From Wickerhamiella versatilis (lineage: Eukaryota): 64,000 bases of DNA. The translations under genes and the position numbers were made by a program. Every line of letters begins with the position of its first letter. Positions within the stretch are counted from its first letter, which is position 1. Below the pieces are notes generated by a model. That model was not told the origin of the DNA. It worked only from the letters and a program-made list of their open reading frames with translations, and searched no databases. This document shows, piece after piece, positions 54,269 to 64,000 of this stretch. The stretch covers positions 992,001 through 1,056,000 of the forward strand of contig JAQOWU010000001.1 of assembly GCA_030867685.1 (NCBI GenBank), in the 5' to 3' direction.

Positions 54269-55246
54269 ATGCAGAAAAGCGATATGACGTCGATTACTAC
54301 AAAAGAAGACAATCAACCTCTGGAGCGAAGTCCAAGCGAAAAGCATTCAACTGAGATTGGAAGTCCAAACACGCTAACTATTTCTAGCAATTCCAGTTCA
54401 AACGAACAGGATATCAAGAATTTGGGGGATCCAATGAATGCACTCTCCCTTGCTGATAGCTCAGAAAATTCGGATGATGAAGATCCTGAAGAACTTGATA
54501 ATCTGGAGAAGTGGCATGAAGCGATGCTCCACCGTGCCGCGTGGAAAGAGTGGGTTCAAGAAATGTGGGAGGAAATTTTTGAGGAAGAGATATCGGAGGA
54601 TGAGGAAGAGTCATCGCACGTAGAAAGAGATTATGAAAACAGATCTCACGAAACTCCAGAGCCCAGGGGGCCATCAGCAGGTATTGCCGAATACGAGCGG
54701 GTACGCATGGCCGATGGAAGTACCAAAATGGTAAAGGACTTAGTTAGGGGCGACTTTGTCATGGGTCCCCATGGTAATCCTGTGGAGGTTAAAGATGTGA
54801 AAAGAGGATATAGTCAGCTCTACGAAGTATCTGTTCCAAATGATAATGGAATCGGAAGGCGAAAGGTAGCAGTCGGTGCTAGACAGCCATTTAAGCTATC
54901 AATTGAGCAGTGCAATTTACGACCCGTTCATGTTTTGGCTCAAGGAAACAACAAGCCCCGGTACGAGGTGACTTACCGTAGCCTTACTCGAGAAAGAGTA
55001 GAGGCCGGGAAAGGTGATTTTCGCCAGGTCACAAAGGTGCATGAGACTACTATATTTGAGTCATATGACTCTAAAACTTCTCATATACTGGCGTCTACCC
55101 CAGAAGAGGCGAAATATCGGCTATGTAAAAAGCTTTATGCCAATCTACCCAGAGATACTAATGGTAAGATATGTACCAGACTTCAGTGGATAGCTGAGGC
55201 ACGTGACTTAAATCTTCATAAACCCCCTTGCATGATCCACATGTAG
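54269..55246 (+). CDS. Truncated free-standing VDE/HO-like intein (Hint) domain protein with an acidic N-terminus
   Basis: GIAEYERVRMADGSTKMVKDLVRGDFVMGPHGNPVEV...RGYSQLYEV resembles the N-terminus of the VMA1 intein and HO. LQWIAEARDL resembles VDE FEWTIEARDL. The ORF stops before any LAGLIDADG motif. Confidence 0.78.
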   Translation: MQKSDMTSITTKEDNQPLERSPSEKHSTEIGSPNTLTISSNSSSNEQDIKNLGDPMNALSLADSSENSDDEDPEELDNLEKWHEAMLHRAAWKEWVQEMWEEIFEEEISEDEEESSHVERDYENRSHETPEPRGPSAGIAEYERVRMADGSTKMVKDLVRGDFVMGPHGNPVEVKDVKRGYSQLYEVSVPNDNGIGRRKVAVGARQPFKLSIEQCNLRPVHVLAQGNNKPRYEVTYRSLTRERVEAGKGDFRQVTKVHETTIFESYDSKTSHILASTPEEAKYRLCKKLYANLPRDTNGKICTRLQWIAEARDLNLHKPPCMIHM

Positions 55247-55615
55247 CTAGTAGCACTTTGATAGTATTTGTTTTTAGGAATAAATATCTGGCATATACCA
55301 CGGTGGACTGTATGCGACCACACAAATAATGTAAATTACCACTGTGAATACTTGGTCCCGCTTATCAGGACCTGACACTCTATTGACTGATGAAAACAGT
55401 ACTATCGTATCAGATACCAGCTAATATAGCCTCCATATGATATTTCATGGTCAGGCAATATAGAACTACCCAATATATTACGACGTAGATATCAGATTGC
55501 TTCTATTAATCAGCATGATTTCATATCTCTCCATAAGAAGTGCCTTAAGTAAAGTGAGACCACTGAGATTAGATAACGAGAAGAAAGTGGGAAAGAGTTT
55601 TTGCTAGTCGGAACA

Positions 55616-57415
55616 ATGACCTCAGGGTTAAGGGGTTACAGGTCTAGAAGGTGTCGACCATGTGACTCGTGTCGAGCCAAGAAGACATATTGCCATTTGG
55701 ATGGAGCACCACCCTGTCGGTTGTGTCGCCAGCAGAATCGACAATGCACATTCGTCTTTGGGCCCATTCGGAAGACGACAAGGCAAAAAATCAAGTCAAT
55801 TAGGAATGAAGAAATCCCGGAAGTGCCAGGAAATCCATTCGCCCTCGAATTATGTCCTCCTACAGCTGATAGCTCATTGCAGGATATCCTTACAGCAAGA
55901 ATTCCAGATACTGGGATATCTAATCTAGAACTTCAAGCACAATCGGCATTTATTCATCCAGAAGATAAATTGTCCCTTTCAAAGAAACCTAATAAGTCAC
56001 ATCAGTTGTGCGGGTGGACTGGAGAATCATGTCCGCACCTCCTTGGATGCTACAGCTACGATGATGTGGATGAACATAAGTTCAATAAAGTTTCATTTCG
56101 CAAAATTAGTGAAAATCCCCCTGTTTACTTTATGTTAACAGATAAAGAATTAACGAGGAGTCTTTTCGGCGACGAACGTGACCAGAATAAACTACTGAGA
56201 GCTCAGCTCGAACAATTAGTGCCTTTTGAAGAAGGAAGGCATTTTGTACAACTATTTTTCAGATATGTTCATCCATCAATTCCTGTGCTATGCCAAACAG
56301 CTACACTCGAGGATCTATACTCCATCCCGACCGGTATACTAGCTGCAATGTATTTATTAGCGCTTCCTTTCACACTTTTTGAGCCCAAAATAGCATCACA
56401 CTCATATTCTGCTTATCAACCGCCTTCGAGTAAAGAACTTTTTGATATAGGCTGCAGGTGTTATAATCTTCAGTCTCACACTCCAGATATATCTACAGCT
56501 CAGATTGCATTATTATTGCTACAAACAGAGCCACTATATCCATATTTTTCCGACACTGCTTTCATTTCGCAGTTTGTCTCTTCCCTATACTCTATATCAC
56601 AAACGCTTGGGTTAAACGTTGATTGCTCCGGATGGAATATACCAGCCTGGGAGAAAAAAATCCGTAAAAGGGTATGGTGGTCTGTATATTGTACAGAAAA
56701 ATGGCAGTCTTTCGTATGTGGCAGATCTAGTCACATAAATGATGATGACTGGGATATTGCAATGTTCACAAAAGACGACTTTGAAACACCTCTAAACTAT
56801 CACTTTTTAATTTTGTGCTCACTATCATTAATATTATCAGACTCTCTTTGCCAGATGTATTCCTTGCGCGCAGTGAAGAAAAGACTTGTTGATGTTGAAG
56901 GCAGTCTTCAATTAACTAAGGATTTAATTGCTCGAGTTCGCAACCTTTACCGCACTTTCGAGCCTCACATTCAGATGGATCATGTAAAACCTGCAACTTT
57001 AACAGTTACTGGCTCATTATTTCTATGTTTTTTGGGACTTGAGCTGGCGCTTGTCAAGTCATATGTTGAAATCTCAAGTTATGATATTGACAATAAGTGT
57101 ACTGCAACTCCAAAATATATGGCAACAAAATTACTCAACTTCATGAGAAGTCTAAAAGTTGAGCACACAAAAGCATTCTGGTATTCATGGTGTCATCAAA
57201 TATTTTCATCGGCCAGCAGTTTTTTTGCTTTCTTTGCATTGTCTCCAACTTCATTAGATGCAGATTTTGATTTCAAATCTTCGCTAGATGATTGGAGATC
57301 GCTCTTACAGATTCATGCTGGTAGTTTTTCTCCTGTGCGCTTGGGGCTCGGTCGTCTGGATGGATGGGTTGGGTTAGAGAAGCTTTCAAGTTCTCCAGGG
57401 ACCTCCAATCATTAA
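55616..57415 (+). CDS. Zn(II)2Cys6 transcription factor, Dal81-like
   Basis: RPCDSCRAKKTYC...PCRLC...CTF, LFFRYVHPSIPVL, LGLNVDCSGWNIPAWEKKIRKRVWW and AFWYSW. Confidence 0.9.
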   Translation: MTSGLRGYRSRRCRPCDSCRAKKTYCHLDGAPPCRLCRQQNRQCTFVFGPIRKTTRQKIKSIRNEEIPEVPGNPFALELCPPTADSSLQDILTARIPDTGISNLELQAQSAFIHPEDKLSLSKKPNKSHQLCGWTGESCPHLLGCYSYDDVDEHKFNKVSFRKISENPPVYFMLTDKELTRSLFGDERDQNKLLRAQLEQLVPFEEGRHFVQLFFRYVHPSIPVLCQTATLEDLYSIPTGILAAMYLLALPFTLFEPKIASHSYSAYQPPSSKELFDIGCRCYNLQSHTPDISTAQIALLLLQTEPLYPYFSDTAFISQFVSSLYSISQTLGLNVDCSGWNIPAWEKKIRKRVWWSVYCTEKWQSFVCGRSSHINDDDWDIAMFTKDDFETPLNYHFLILCSLSLILSDSLCQMYSLRAVKKRLVDVEGSLQLTKDLIARVRNLYRTFEPHIQMDHVKPATLTVTGSLFLCFLGLELALVKSYVEISSYDIDNKCTATPKYMATKLLNFMRSLKVEHTKAFWYSWCHQIFSSASSFFAFFALSPTSLDADFDFKSSLDDWRSLLQIHAGSFSPVRLGLGRLDGWVGLEKLSSSPGTSNH

Positions 57416-58015
57416 ATAAATAGCATTTCAGAGATCCCTTTGATACTGTTTGTAACCCCATTCTGTCCCAAGGATGAAAGGTGCTATTTGCCAAATTAGC
57501 AGAAGTACTCCCTAGATTTCACATAGTTTACGAAACATTCTAGTTTTCTCACAATGAAAAGAAATATCAATACAAAAAGTAGTTGGAATCTAGCTGACCT
57601 ATACAGTCATTGGAGATCGCGAAATGAAGAATTTCTTTGGCTGTATTGGAGAGAGAATTGAAGCATTAATCTTTTCTGGTTCTTAGCATCCATCCCCCTT
57701 TGTTACCTAGACGGATACTGACTTGGCTGTAATCATCGTAATCATAAGGAATGAACTAAAATCTTATAATATTTCTAACTATCTAAATAGTGGTAACCTC
57801 GTTCAGACAAATGCCGCTACCAGGAGTGGAATAAATCTTCATTAAACTGAGCAATAAGATATTGGAATGCACCGCAAAGAATGTCTTGTTCCTCTATTTC
57901 TCTCGTAGCATATGCAAGAAGACCCATATGACTGATATCATGTATTTATAACAGTCATTTGAAGAGGGAAATAAACCCCCTATTTCTCGGGTAATGTACG
58001 CATTCTATTCCCGTA

Positions 58016-59818
58016 CTACGAATCAATGACGCCGGAATTCATTCGCTCCTCTTTAGCCACATTGTCATTTAGTTCCATATACTGTAATTCTCGTTTGTCA
58101 TAACCTTTAAAAATCATCCAAAAGAGAATAGCTACAATGAAAATTGATACACCCAAGCCAGCATATAACCACAGAATATCTGGGTTTTTGGAGACTGTGG
58201 AAAGCGCTATTCCAATGATCGCACCACCGGCATTGGTCAATAAGAATAGAGACATCACTATACTTTTCATACTTGCAGGCGAATGGTCGAAGGTTATTAT
58301 ATACCCACCAAGCGCACCCATCAAATCTGCAAAAGCTAAGAGTAGGTAACCAGGAGTTTGTATGGCAACATGGATGTGATTAGGTACCGCAGGGCCTAAA
58401 GAGCACCGAGAATCCGAAGGAAATTTGTAACAAGGCCCTCTTGAATATATAATTTTTTGTATTATCGCTGAGTAGACCATCGTTAACGAGCAAAAGAAAA
58501 ATCCAATCGATACTCGCGTTATCGGCAACATAGGAAACCCCAGCTTACGCAGTAATGGAAAGCCAAATTGATTCATCAGTGGAATCAAGATTATAACAGC
58601 AATAGGTTCAATATTCTGCATGATATCATTAGGAATAGCATGTGTTTCCATTTGTCCTGCTTGCGAGATAAGATTAGAGGTACCTTGATCGTAAGCTACC
58701 CAAAAAATTGGAAAAAATAGCAGTATTTTGCAACCATCAATAGCTCGAGCTACTTCATCAACGAACAGATCCGTCCAAGGTACGTCACTTAATCCCTGAC
58801 TAGCCCGCACAGAGGGCCTGGCTATATCAAGAGAAAACTTTGCTTTGAATCTTTTCCGCCATTGACGGAATCTCAGCGCATACGTAGTATTTTCGCTTTC
58901 GCATGACTCACTTGCATCGAATACATTCAAATTCTTGCATCTCGAATTATCGTGTGAGAGCCCTTTTTTGATTGCTAGATTTACGATCGAAAACGTATCT
59001 TTGAGTATGCCTGCCTTGGGCTCACGGTTCACGTATATTTTATGACCCGACAATACCGTTATAATAGCCACCGGAAACATTGCAAATGGCAAGAGATATG
59101 CGGCCCAGAAGTCAACGTACTTCTCAAGTTCTGGTGTGGCAATCGAAGACAAGGATCCTGAACAAATACATATATAGAATACTGAGAAAATATAACGTAC
59201 TGTTATAGCTGGATCTACTATTACCCGCTCACCGGATCTCAAAGTCTTGACATAGAGCTTGGTATTTTTGTATTGCTCGATAACCAATGTGCTGACGTTT
59301 GGCTTAATCCCTCCAGCGGCAAGACCTACTACCACCATGAACGCTATGAGGCCGCCTTCACCTGCTGTATCCATGTACTGGGGAAGCGAGGTTACAAACA
59401 GAATCATAATCCCCACTACGTACAGACAGGAGAAGGCTACAATGGTTCTGTATTTTCCCAACCATAAATCAGCAATTGCCGCACCAGCGAGTGGCGTCGC
59501 ATAACACCAAAACTTGAAGAAATTACTGAGAGCAGTAGCCTTGCTTTGTCCAAGACCAAGTCCACCAGTTTGCCTATCGTTTTCTCTCGGCAGTTGGATA
59601 TAGTTTTGGATTACAGCGTTCAACCCGTAAAACGTAAAACGTTCAGCAAACTCGCAGGCTGCAATTAGAAAAGGCCCTAAGTTTACCTTGTCACGAATTC
59701 TTCGCAGCTTGGCTAGTTCTTCATCTGAGGGATAAGGATACGCATCATCCACTGAGCCTATGCTAAGACTCCCAACTTCTTCACTTTCGCTTATTTGGAC
59801 TTTCTCGAGTTTCTGCAT
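58016..59818 (-). CDS. PTR2: POT-family di/tripeptide transporter
   Basis: EFAERFTFYG (ExxERF), GGIKPNVS, QAGQM and PASMKS; about 12 TM segments. Confidence 0.92.
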   Translation of the reverse strand: MQKLEKVQISESEEVGSLSIGSVDDAYPYPSDEELAKLRRIRDKVNLGPFLIAACEFAERFTFYGLNAVIQNYIQLPRENDRQTGGLGLGQSKATALSNFFKFWCYATPLAGAAIADLWLGKYRTIVAFSCLYVVGIMILFVTSLPQYMDTAGEGGLIAFMVVVGLAAGGIKPNVSTLVIEQYKNTKLYVKTLRSGERVIVDPAITVRYIFSVFYICICSGSLSSIATPELEKYVDFWAAYLLPFAMFPVAIITVLSGHKIYVNREPKAGILKDTFSIVNLAIKKGLSHDNSRCKNLNVFDASESCESENTTYALRFRQWRKRFKAKFSLDIARPSVRASQGLSDVPWTDLFVDEVARAIDGCKILLFFPIFWVAYDQGTSNLISQAGQMETHAIPNDIMQNIEPIAVIILIPLMNQFGFPLLRKLGFPMLPITRVSIGFFFCSLTMVYSAIIQKIIYSRGPCYKFPSDSRCSLGPAVPNHIHVAIQTPGYLLLAFADLMGALGGYIITFDHSPASMKSIVMSLFLLTNAGGAIIGIALSTVSKNPDILWLYAGLGVSIFIVAILFWMIFKGYDKRELQYMELNDNVAKEERMNSGVIDS

Positions 59819-60118
59819 AACAAATCACTTGCCACCTAGATGTATTCGCTCTGTTCTCCAAATATAATATAACTTATCTATTTGTCGCTGATAGCACGCT
59901 TATATCAGTAGGGGTAAGGGGGTTTCACTGACCGCAGGTCTCACTGCCCGACGAGCAGTGATTATTATATAACAAATTTCTAGATAGGCAAGTGCTGATA
60001 TTTATCGAAGGTGAAAATCACAAATAACATTCATAAATAAGTAAACCAGATAGTATTGAGAGTCTTAATGTCGCATTAGGTTCATAAGGCACGTGAATGG
60101 CGTTCATTAGATAATATA

Positions 60119-60130
60119 GGTCACGTGACC
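60119..60130. promoter_or_regulatory. Palindromic E-box GGTCACGTGACC (Cbf1/Tye7-type)
   Basis: 12-bp perfect palindrome in the divergent PTR2/amine oxidase promoter. Confidence 0.5.
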
Positions 60131-60228
60131 GGGAAACGCCGGGCGATCGGGGAGCAGCTAATGATGTATAATGACTAGTATCTATAAGCAGTATATATCA
60201 TGGTGCTAGTCGTCTTCTTGTTCCTTCA

Positions 60229-61506
60229 ATGCCACGAGTAGTTATTATCGGTGCCGGCTTATCCGGACTTTCAGCTGCCAGCTCTTTATCTCAAATTGTG
60301 AAGGAAAACCTGGAAGTGATTGTGCTTGAAGCTCAGGATTACATTGGCGGTAGAGTGAAGACAGTGAAGCTGGGTAACCGTTCCTTCGACTTGGGAGCCT
60401 CAAGGCTTCACGACGCGGAGAAAAATTTCCTGTATCATAAAGCTATAAAAGAGGGCCGGCGTTATATATATGATGATCTTAGCACCTGCTATTTTGTACA
60501 TGAAGCACCGGTTACTCCTGCCGTCGACAATGTGTCTGAAGCCTTGATAGATGATATGGAAAAGCACAGAGGAGAATACATAAATACAAGCCTCAAGGAT
60601 GTTCTTTGTGCAAGAGCACCAAAAACTTTAGATGGTGAAATTGCTGCCCAGAAGATACGTGCTATTAGAATTGGGAGCGGCATATCTTGGAAAGATATGC
60701 CAGCAACAAATTTCAGTCGTGCTTCAACTCGCCAGAGTCGGAATGCGTTCAGCGTTGACGGGAATAAGTGGATAGTTGACTGGCTACTCTCGGAAGTAAC
60801 CGCGGAAATACGATTAAATAGTCCAGTGAGGGAAATCCACCCCCAAAAAGTCGTTTTATATTCAGACGAGGAGATAAGCTTTGACTATGCCATATGCACA
60901 ATTGCTGCTGGAGGCTTGGATCCTAGTATGTTCCGCTTTGATCTTCCCCCGGATCTTCATAAAGCAATGGGGGAGGAGACCACAGGGACTCTAGGCAAAG
61001 TTCTATTTGAATTTCCAACAAGATTTTGGCCGCTTGACTTTTATCGTTTCACTACTCTTACTTTGGAAATATCTGAGGATATAAAACCAGGTGGATTTCC
61101 TGTGAATTTTACAAACGCTTATAACCTTGCAGATCCGGATGCACCTCCTACTCTTATGGCATTTACCACTGCTCCATTAACGCATTTTCTAGAATCAAAT
61201 CCCGAAAAAGCTTATGAATACTTGCTTCCAGCGCTAAATTCTCTACGTGAGGACATGACCCTCCCTGTTCCAAAGCCTACTGAGGTAGTGGTCACAGATT
61301 GGACACAAAAAAAGTGGTTCAGAGGTAGCTACAGCGGAATAAAAGTAGGAGAGCAAAAGGATCAATATATAATTCCTTACTTGAAGGGAGTTGGTAACAT
61401 ACGTTTTGCTGGGGATCATACTGGGCTTGACGACCGTGGCATGGATGGTGCCATTGAGACAGGCAGAAGAGAGGCAAAAAATATAGCTAAAATGCTAGGG
61501 CACTAG
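60229..61506 (+). CDS. Flavin-containing amine oxidase (Fms1/Cbp1 polyamine-oxidase-like)
   Basis: IIGAGLSGLSAA, EAQDYIGGRV, DLGAS, RGSYS and FAGDHT...GAIETGRREA. Confidence 0.9.
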   Translation: MPRVVIIGAGLSGLSAASSLSQIVKENLEVIVLEAQDYIGGRVKTVKLGNRSFDLGASRLHDAEKNFLYHKAIKEGRRYIYDDLSTCYFVHEAPVTPAVDNVSEALIDDMEKHRGEYINTSLKDVLCARAPKTLDGEIAAQKIRAIRIGSGISWKDMPATNFSRASTRQSRNAFSVDGNKWIVDWLLSEVTAEIRLNSPVREIHPQKVVLYSDEEISFDYAICTIAAGGLDPSMFRFDLPPDLHKAMGEETTGTLGKVLFEFPTRFWPLDFYRFTTLTLEISEDIKPGGFPVNFTNAYNLADPDAPPTLMAFTTAPLTHFLESNPEKAYEYLLPALNSLREDMTLPVPKPTEVVVTDWTQKKWFRGSYSGIKVGEQKDQYIIPYLKGVGNIRFAGDHTGLDDRGMDGAIETGRREAKNIAKMLGH

Positions 61507-61765
61507 ATGGTTGAATTGAGTTGTCTTCTCCAATTTGAAGTTTTTGGAGTCACATTACTGAAGCTAAGCACACAATAAGCTCACAGGTATTACCAATATT
61601 ATCAATATTATGCCATACTAGACAATCCTTTTTAGTAATTTTATCTGTGTGCGTGTATGTCAAACTGATTCTCACAATATAAAAGAGGGCGGCCGGGCCT
61701 GTTTAAGCATTCATACTTTTTTGAAGAAACCTTTTTTGAGTCTGATAGGCAAAGAAGATCGCATT

Positions 61766-62190
61766 ATGGAAACTGTGAAAAACTGCAACTATGATATGCG
61801 TTGAGATATTGCCACAGATATTTATTTTACACCTAAATTTGATGAGGTCAATAACTATTCAGTCATCTTACGTACTCAACCGTTCGGAACTGTGAAGCAC
61901 GGGCCTATGCTGTCAAGTAGTGAAGTTTTTCATTTCTCTGGTATCGCGTTGGCTGAGGAAGGCTTCCTAGTCATTGCATTCGATGCTAGTTATAGAGTGG
62001 AGGTTGCGGTGAAACAGACACCATCGAATATCCTGAATTATATGTTGAGGATTTTCTTGGTGCACAAGACTATCTGATAACGCTTTCTCATGTCGTTAAG
62101 GATCTCATTGGAGTTTTTAGCGTTTTCAGAGGGGTAGATACTCGATCAATGCAGCAATAGTCAAACACCGAATTAAAGCAGTCAACAATA
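61766..62190 (+). pseudogene. Degraded bacterial-type alpha/beta hydrolase (E. coli YcjY-like)
   Basis: METVKNCNYDMR*DIATDIYFTPKFDE...QPFGTVK; LAEEGFLVIAFDASY; after a frameshift GET..IEYPELYVEDFLGAQDYLITLSHV; after another YSINAAIVKHRIKAV. TGA at 61802-61804. Confidence 0.8.
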
Positions 62191-62249
62191 TATGCAAATA
62201 AAACTCTCGTGATAGCGTTTGGGCACGAGATACCACTTTTTATTAGTTC

Positions 62250-63341
62250 CTAGGTTAACAAGTCATAAATAGAGACAATGTAGTTTCCATTCAGAAAGAG
62301 ACTAATTGCGATGAAAATACTTCTCTCCTGAAAGACTGCTGTTAATAGACATCCGAAAATTGTGAGAAATCGAAAGAGGAGAATAACAGAGATCATATCT
62401 TGTTTTACACCAGCTAGACGAAAATCCTCAAACATACTCTCACACAAAATCCAACATATAAGGATATCTGCGATGCAAATTGTCACTATGAATATGGCAA
62501 AACATGTTATCCACTTAGGATCACTATTCTGACCTGACAAGAATCCAGTAGATTTAAGAACGAGATAGCTGGATAGCAATATAGCGCCAGCATCAGAAAT
62601 TGTTCGCGTTATAGGATCCACCTCATGGAATGAGGTGCGTACATCTTCGGGTGCCATCGATATGTTGGTTTCAGGGGTAGACGTTCTCCCTGAAAATGGT
62701 GTTATGATGCTGGATACCGACCTCAGAAGAGCATTGCCATCTAAAGAGGAAGATGCGGACAGTTGTGCCTGAGGATTTTCGTGAAGAATCTTCAATCGCT
62801 CTACATTTTTAAGTATAGCAAGGTAATTTGTTAAGAACCAGGAGACAACAAGTAGAAGAAAAATTATCGCAAAGATTGTGTTACTTTCATACACTGCGAC
62901 TATCATACAACTGCAAGCAGTAACGAACTTGACAGATGAAGCGATAGCAAAACTCAAAGACTCATGCGAGCTTATTGTAAAATTCATATGAAGTTTTCTG
63001 TTCAGAATTATTTCAGTAACACAGAAGACTGTTATAAATATATTAAAGCCAAATATTCCATTTAAAGGGATAGAATCGTAGGAGAGGTATCTGAGCGTAT
63101 TGAAAATATTAAAAGAGCACAAACAAATGACCGAAATACTTAATACCATCGAAGAGGCAGCAATAGTACTCGACGAGCACACTGCCATCAGAATGACCTG
63201 ATTAGTACACAATGATAAATAAACAAATCTAAATCCGACTAAAAGTCGAAGGAAAGAGCAGATAGTATACAGATTCAAGAAAGCTATAATCGCATGGGCT
63301 GTAGGAGAATCAGGGCAAAGCTGATAACCACCTAAAACCAA
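62250..63341 (-). CDS. Multi-pass membrane protein of unknown function (5' end uncertain)
   Basis: Long hydrophobic open frame. The first in-frame ATG is at 63188, and an upstream exon is possible. Confidence 0.55.
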   Translation of the reverse strand: MVLGGYQLCPDSPTAHAIIAFLNLYTICSFLRLLVGFRFVYLSLCTNQVILMAVCSSSTIAASSMVLSISVICLCSFNIFNTLRYLSYDSIPLNGIFGFNIFITVFCVTEIILNRKLHMNFTISSHESLSFAIASSVKFVTACSCMIVAVYESNTIFAIIFLLLVVSWFLTNYLAILKNVERLKILHENPQAQLSASSSLDGNALLRSVSSIITPFSGRTSTPETNISMAPEDVRTSFHEVDPITRTISDAGAILLSSYLVLKSTGFLSGQNSDPKWITCFAIFIVTICIADILICWILCESMFEDFRLAGVKQDMISVILLFRFLTIFGCLLTAVFQERSIFIAISLFLNGNYIVSIYDLLT

Positions 63342-64000
63342 GCCAATGTTACCCCGTTTTTCTGCTTACTTAGCTCCGCAGCGCTGCTGACTATTAAGTG
63401 TAGATGCTTACTGCTAGGCTTGGTGCTTTAGAAGGTCCAAGTATATATCACTCTAACTAGTGGATTTTAGATGGTAAAATGTGCCTCTTGCTCACTTCTG
63501 AAAAGAAGTGGAATAGGTTAGATGAGTAATCCAACACCTCGGAAAGAACCCGAAGTATGCCTTTCGGTACTACTCAACGAATTCGAACTTTCACCTACCT
63601 GTGAATTTTCTTTTTTTTGCATGAGGTTATATGTATATGCTTAGGTAAATCCGCTTCTCAAGAAAGTCTCAAGAAATGTTGCTCTCAAAAATACTTTTTA
63701 ATTACAGAAATTATGTTTACTAATTAGTAGCTCTAGTTTTTCAAATTTTAAGATATCAATATTTGTTTACGATTATCCTAGTTTTTACTCAAACCCATAT
63801 TGGTAAAAGAGGCAACCCTATTTCTTATGATTTATTAGAAGTCGAGGCTACAGCGTGTAGCTTCACATATCTCTATTAATTTATTGACTGACTAGTAGAC
63901 CATCGAGAGAAGATGGGAGAACCCTAGCAACAAACTTTAATTTACGAGAGTCTTTTTGTTACAATATTCTGCGTGACAGAAGCGCTGGTGTCCGGAAGAT

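Noticed and set aside
717-60683. Numerous 60-140 aa ORFs overlapping or antisense to the main genes
   Set aside because: They show no recognisable motifs and many start at GTG/TTG. They are consistent with shadow ORFs.

Overview
Gene-sparse, nearly intron-free fungal DNA, most likely a budding yeast. The many bacterial-type genes fit the Wickerhamiella/Starmerella clade, but that assignment is inference. The window looks like an accessory nutrient-scavenging region. It encodes a PDR ABC transporter, ATG26, a secreted lipase, several permeases, two Zn2Cys6 factors, a yapsin, an Sln1-type kinase, PTR2, an amine oxidase and a dispersed 5S rRNA gene. The standout is 49.2-54.0 kb: a Pseudomonas-like 2-aminoethylphosphonate (AEP) catabolic module (phnW, phnX and a LysR regulator) sitting next to a fungal GIT1-type transporter. 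The four genes form two divergent pairs. Their promoters carry three copies of a LysR-type TATARG-N5-CTTATR palindrome, and one promoter also has two Pho4-type CACGTG boxes. phnX and the transporter are both frameshifted in this sequence. A free-standing VDE/HO-like Hint-domain remnant follows directly downstream. All family assignments come from motif recognition and recalled sequences; no searches were run.
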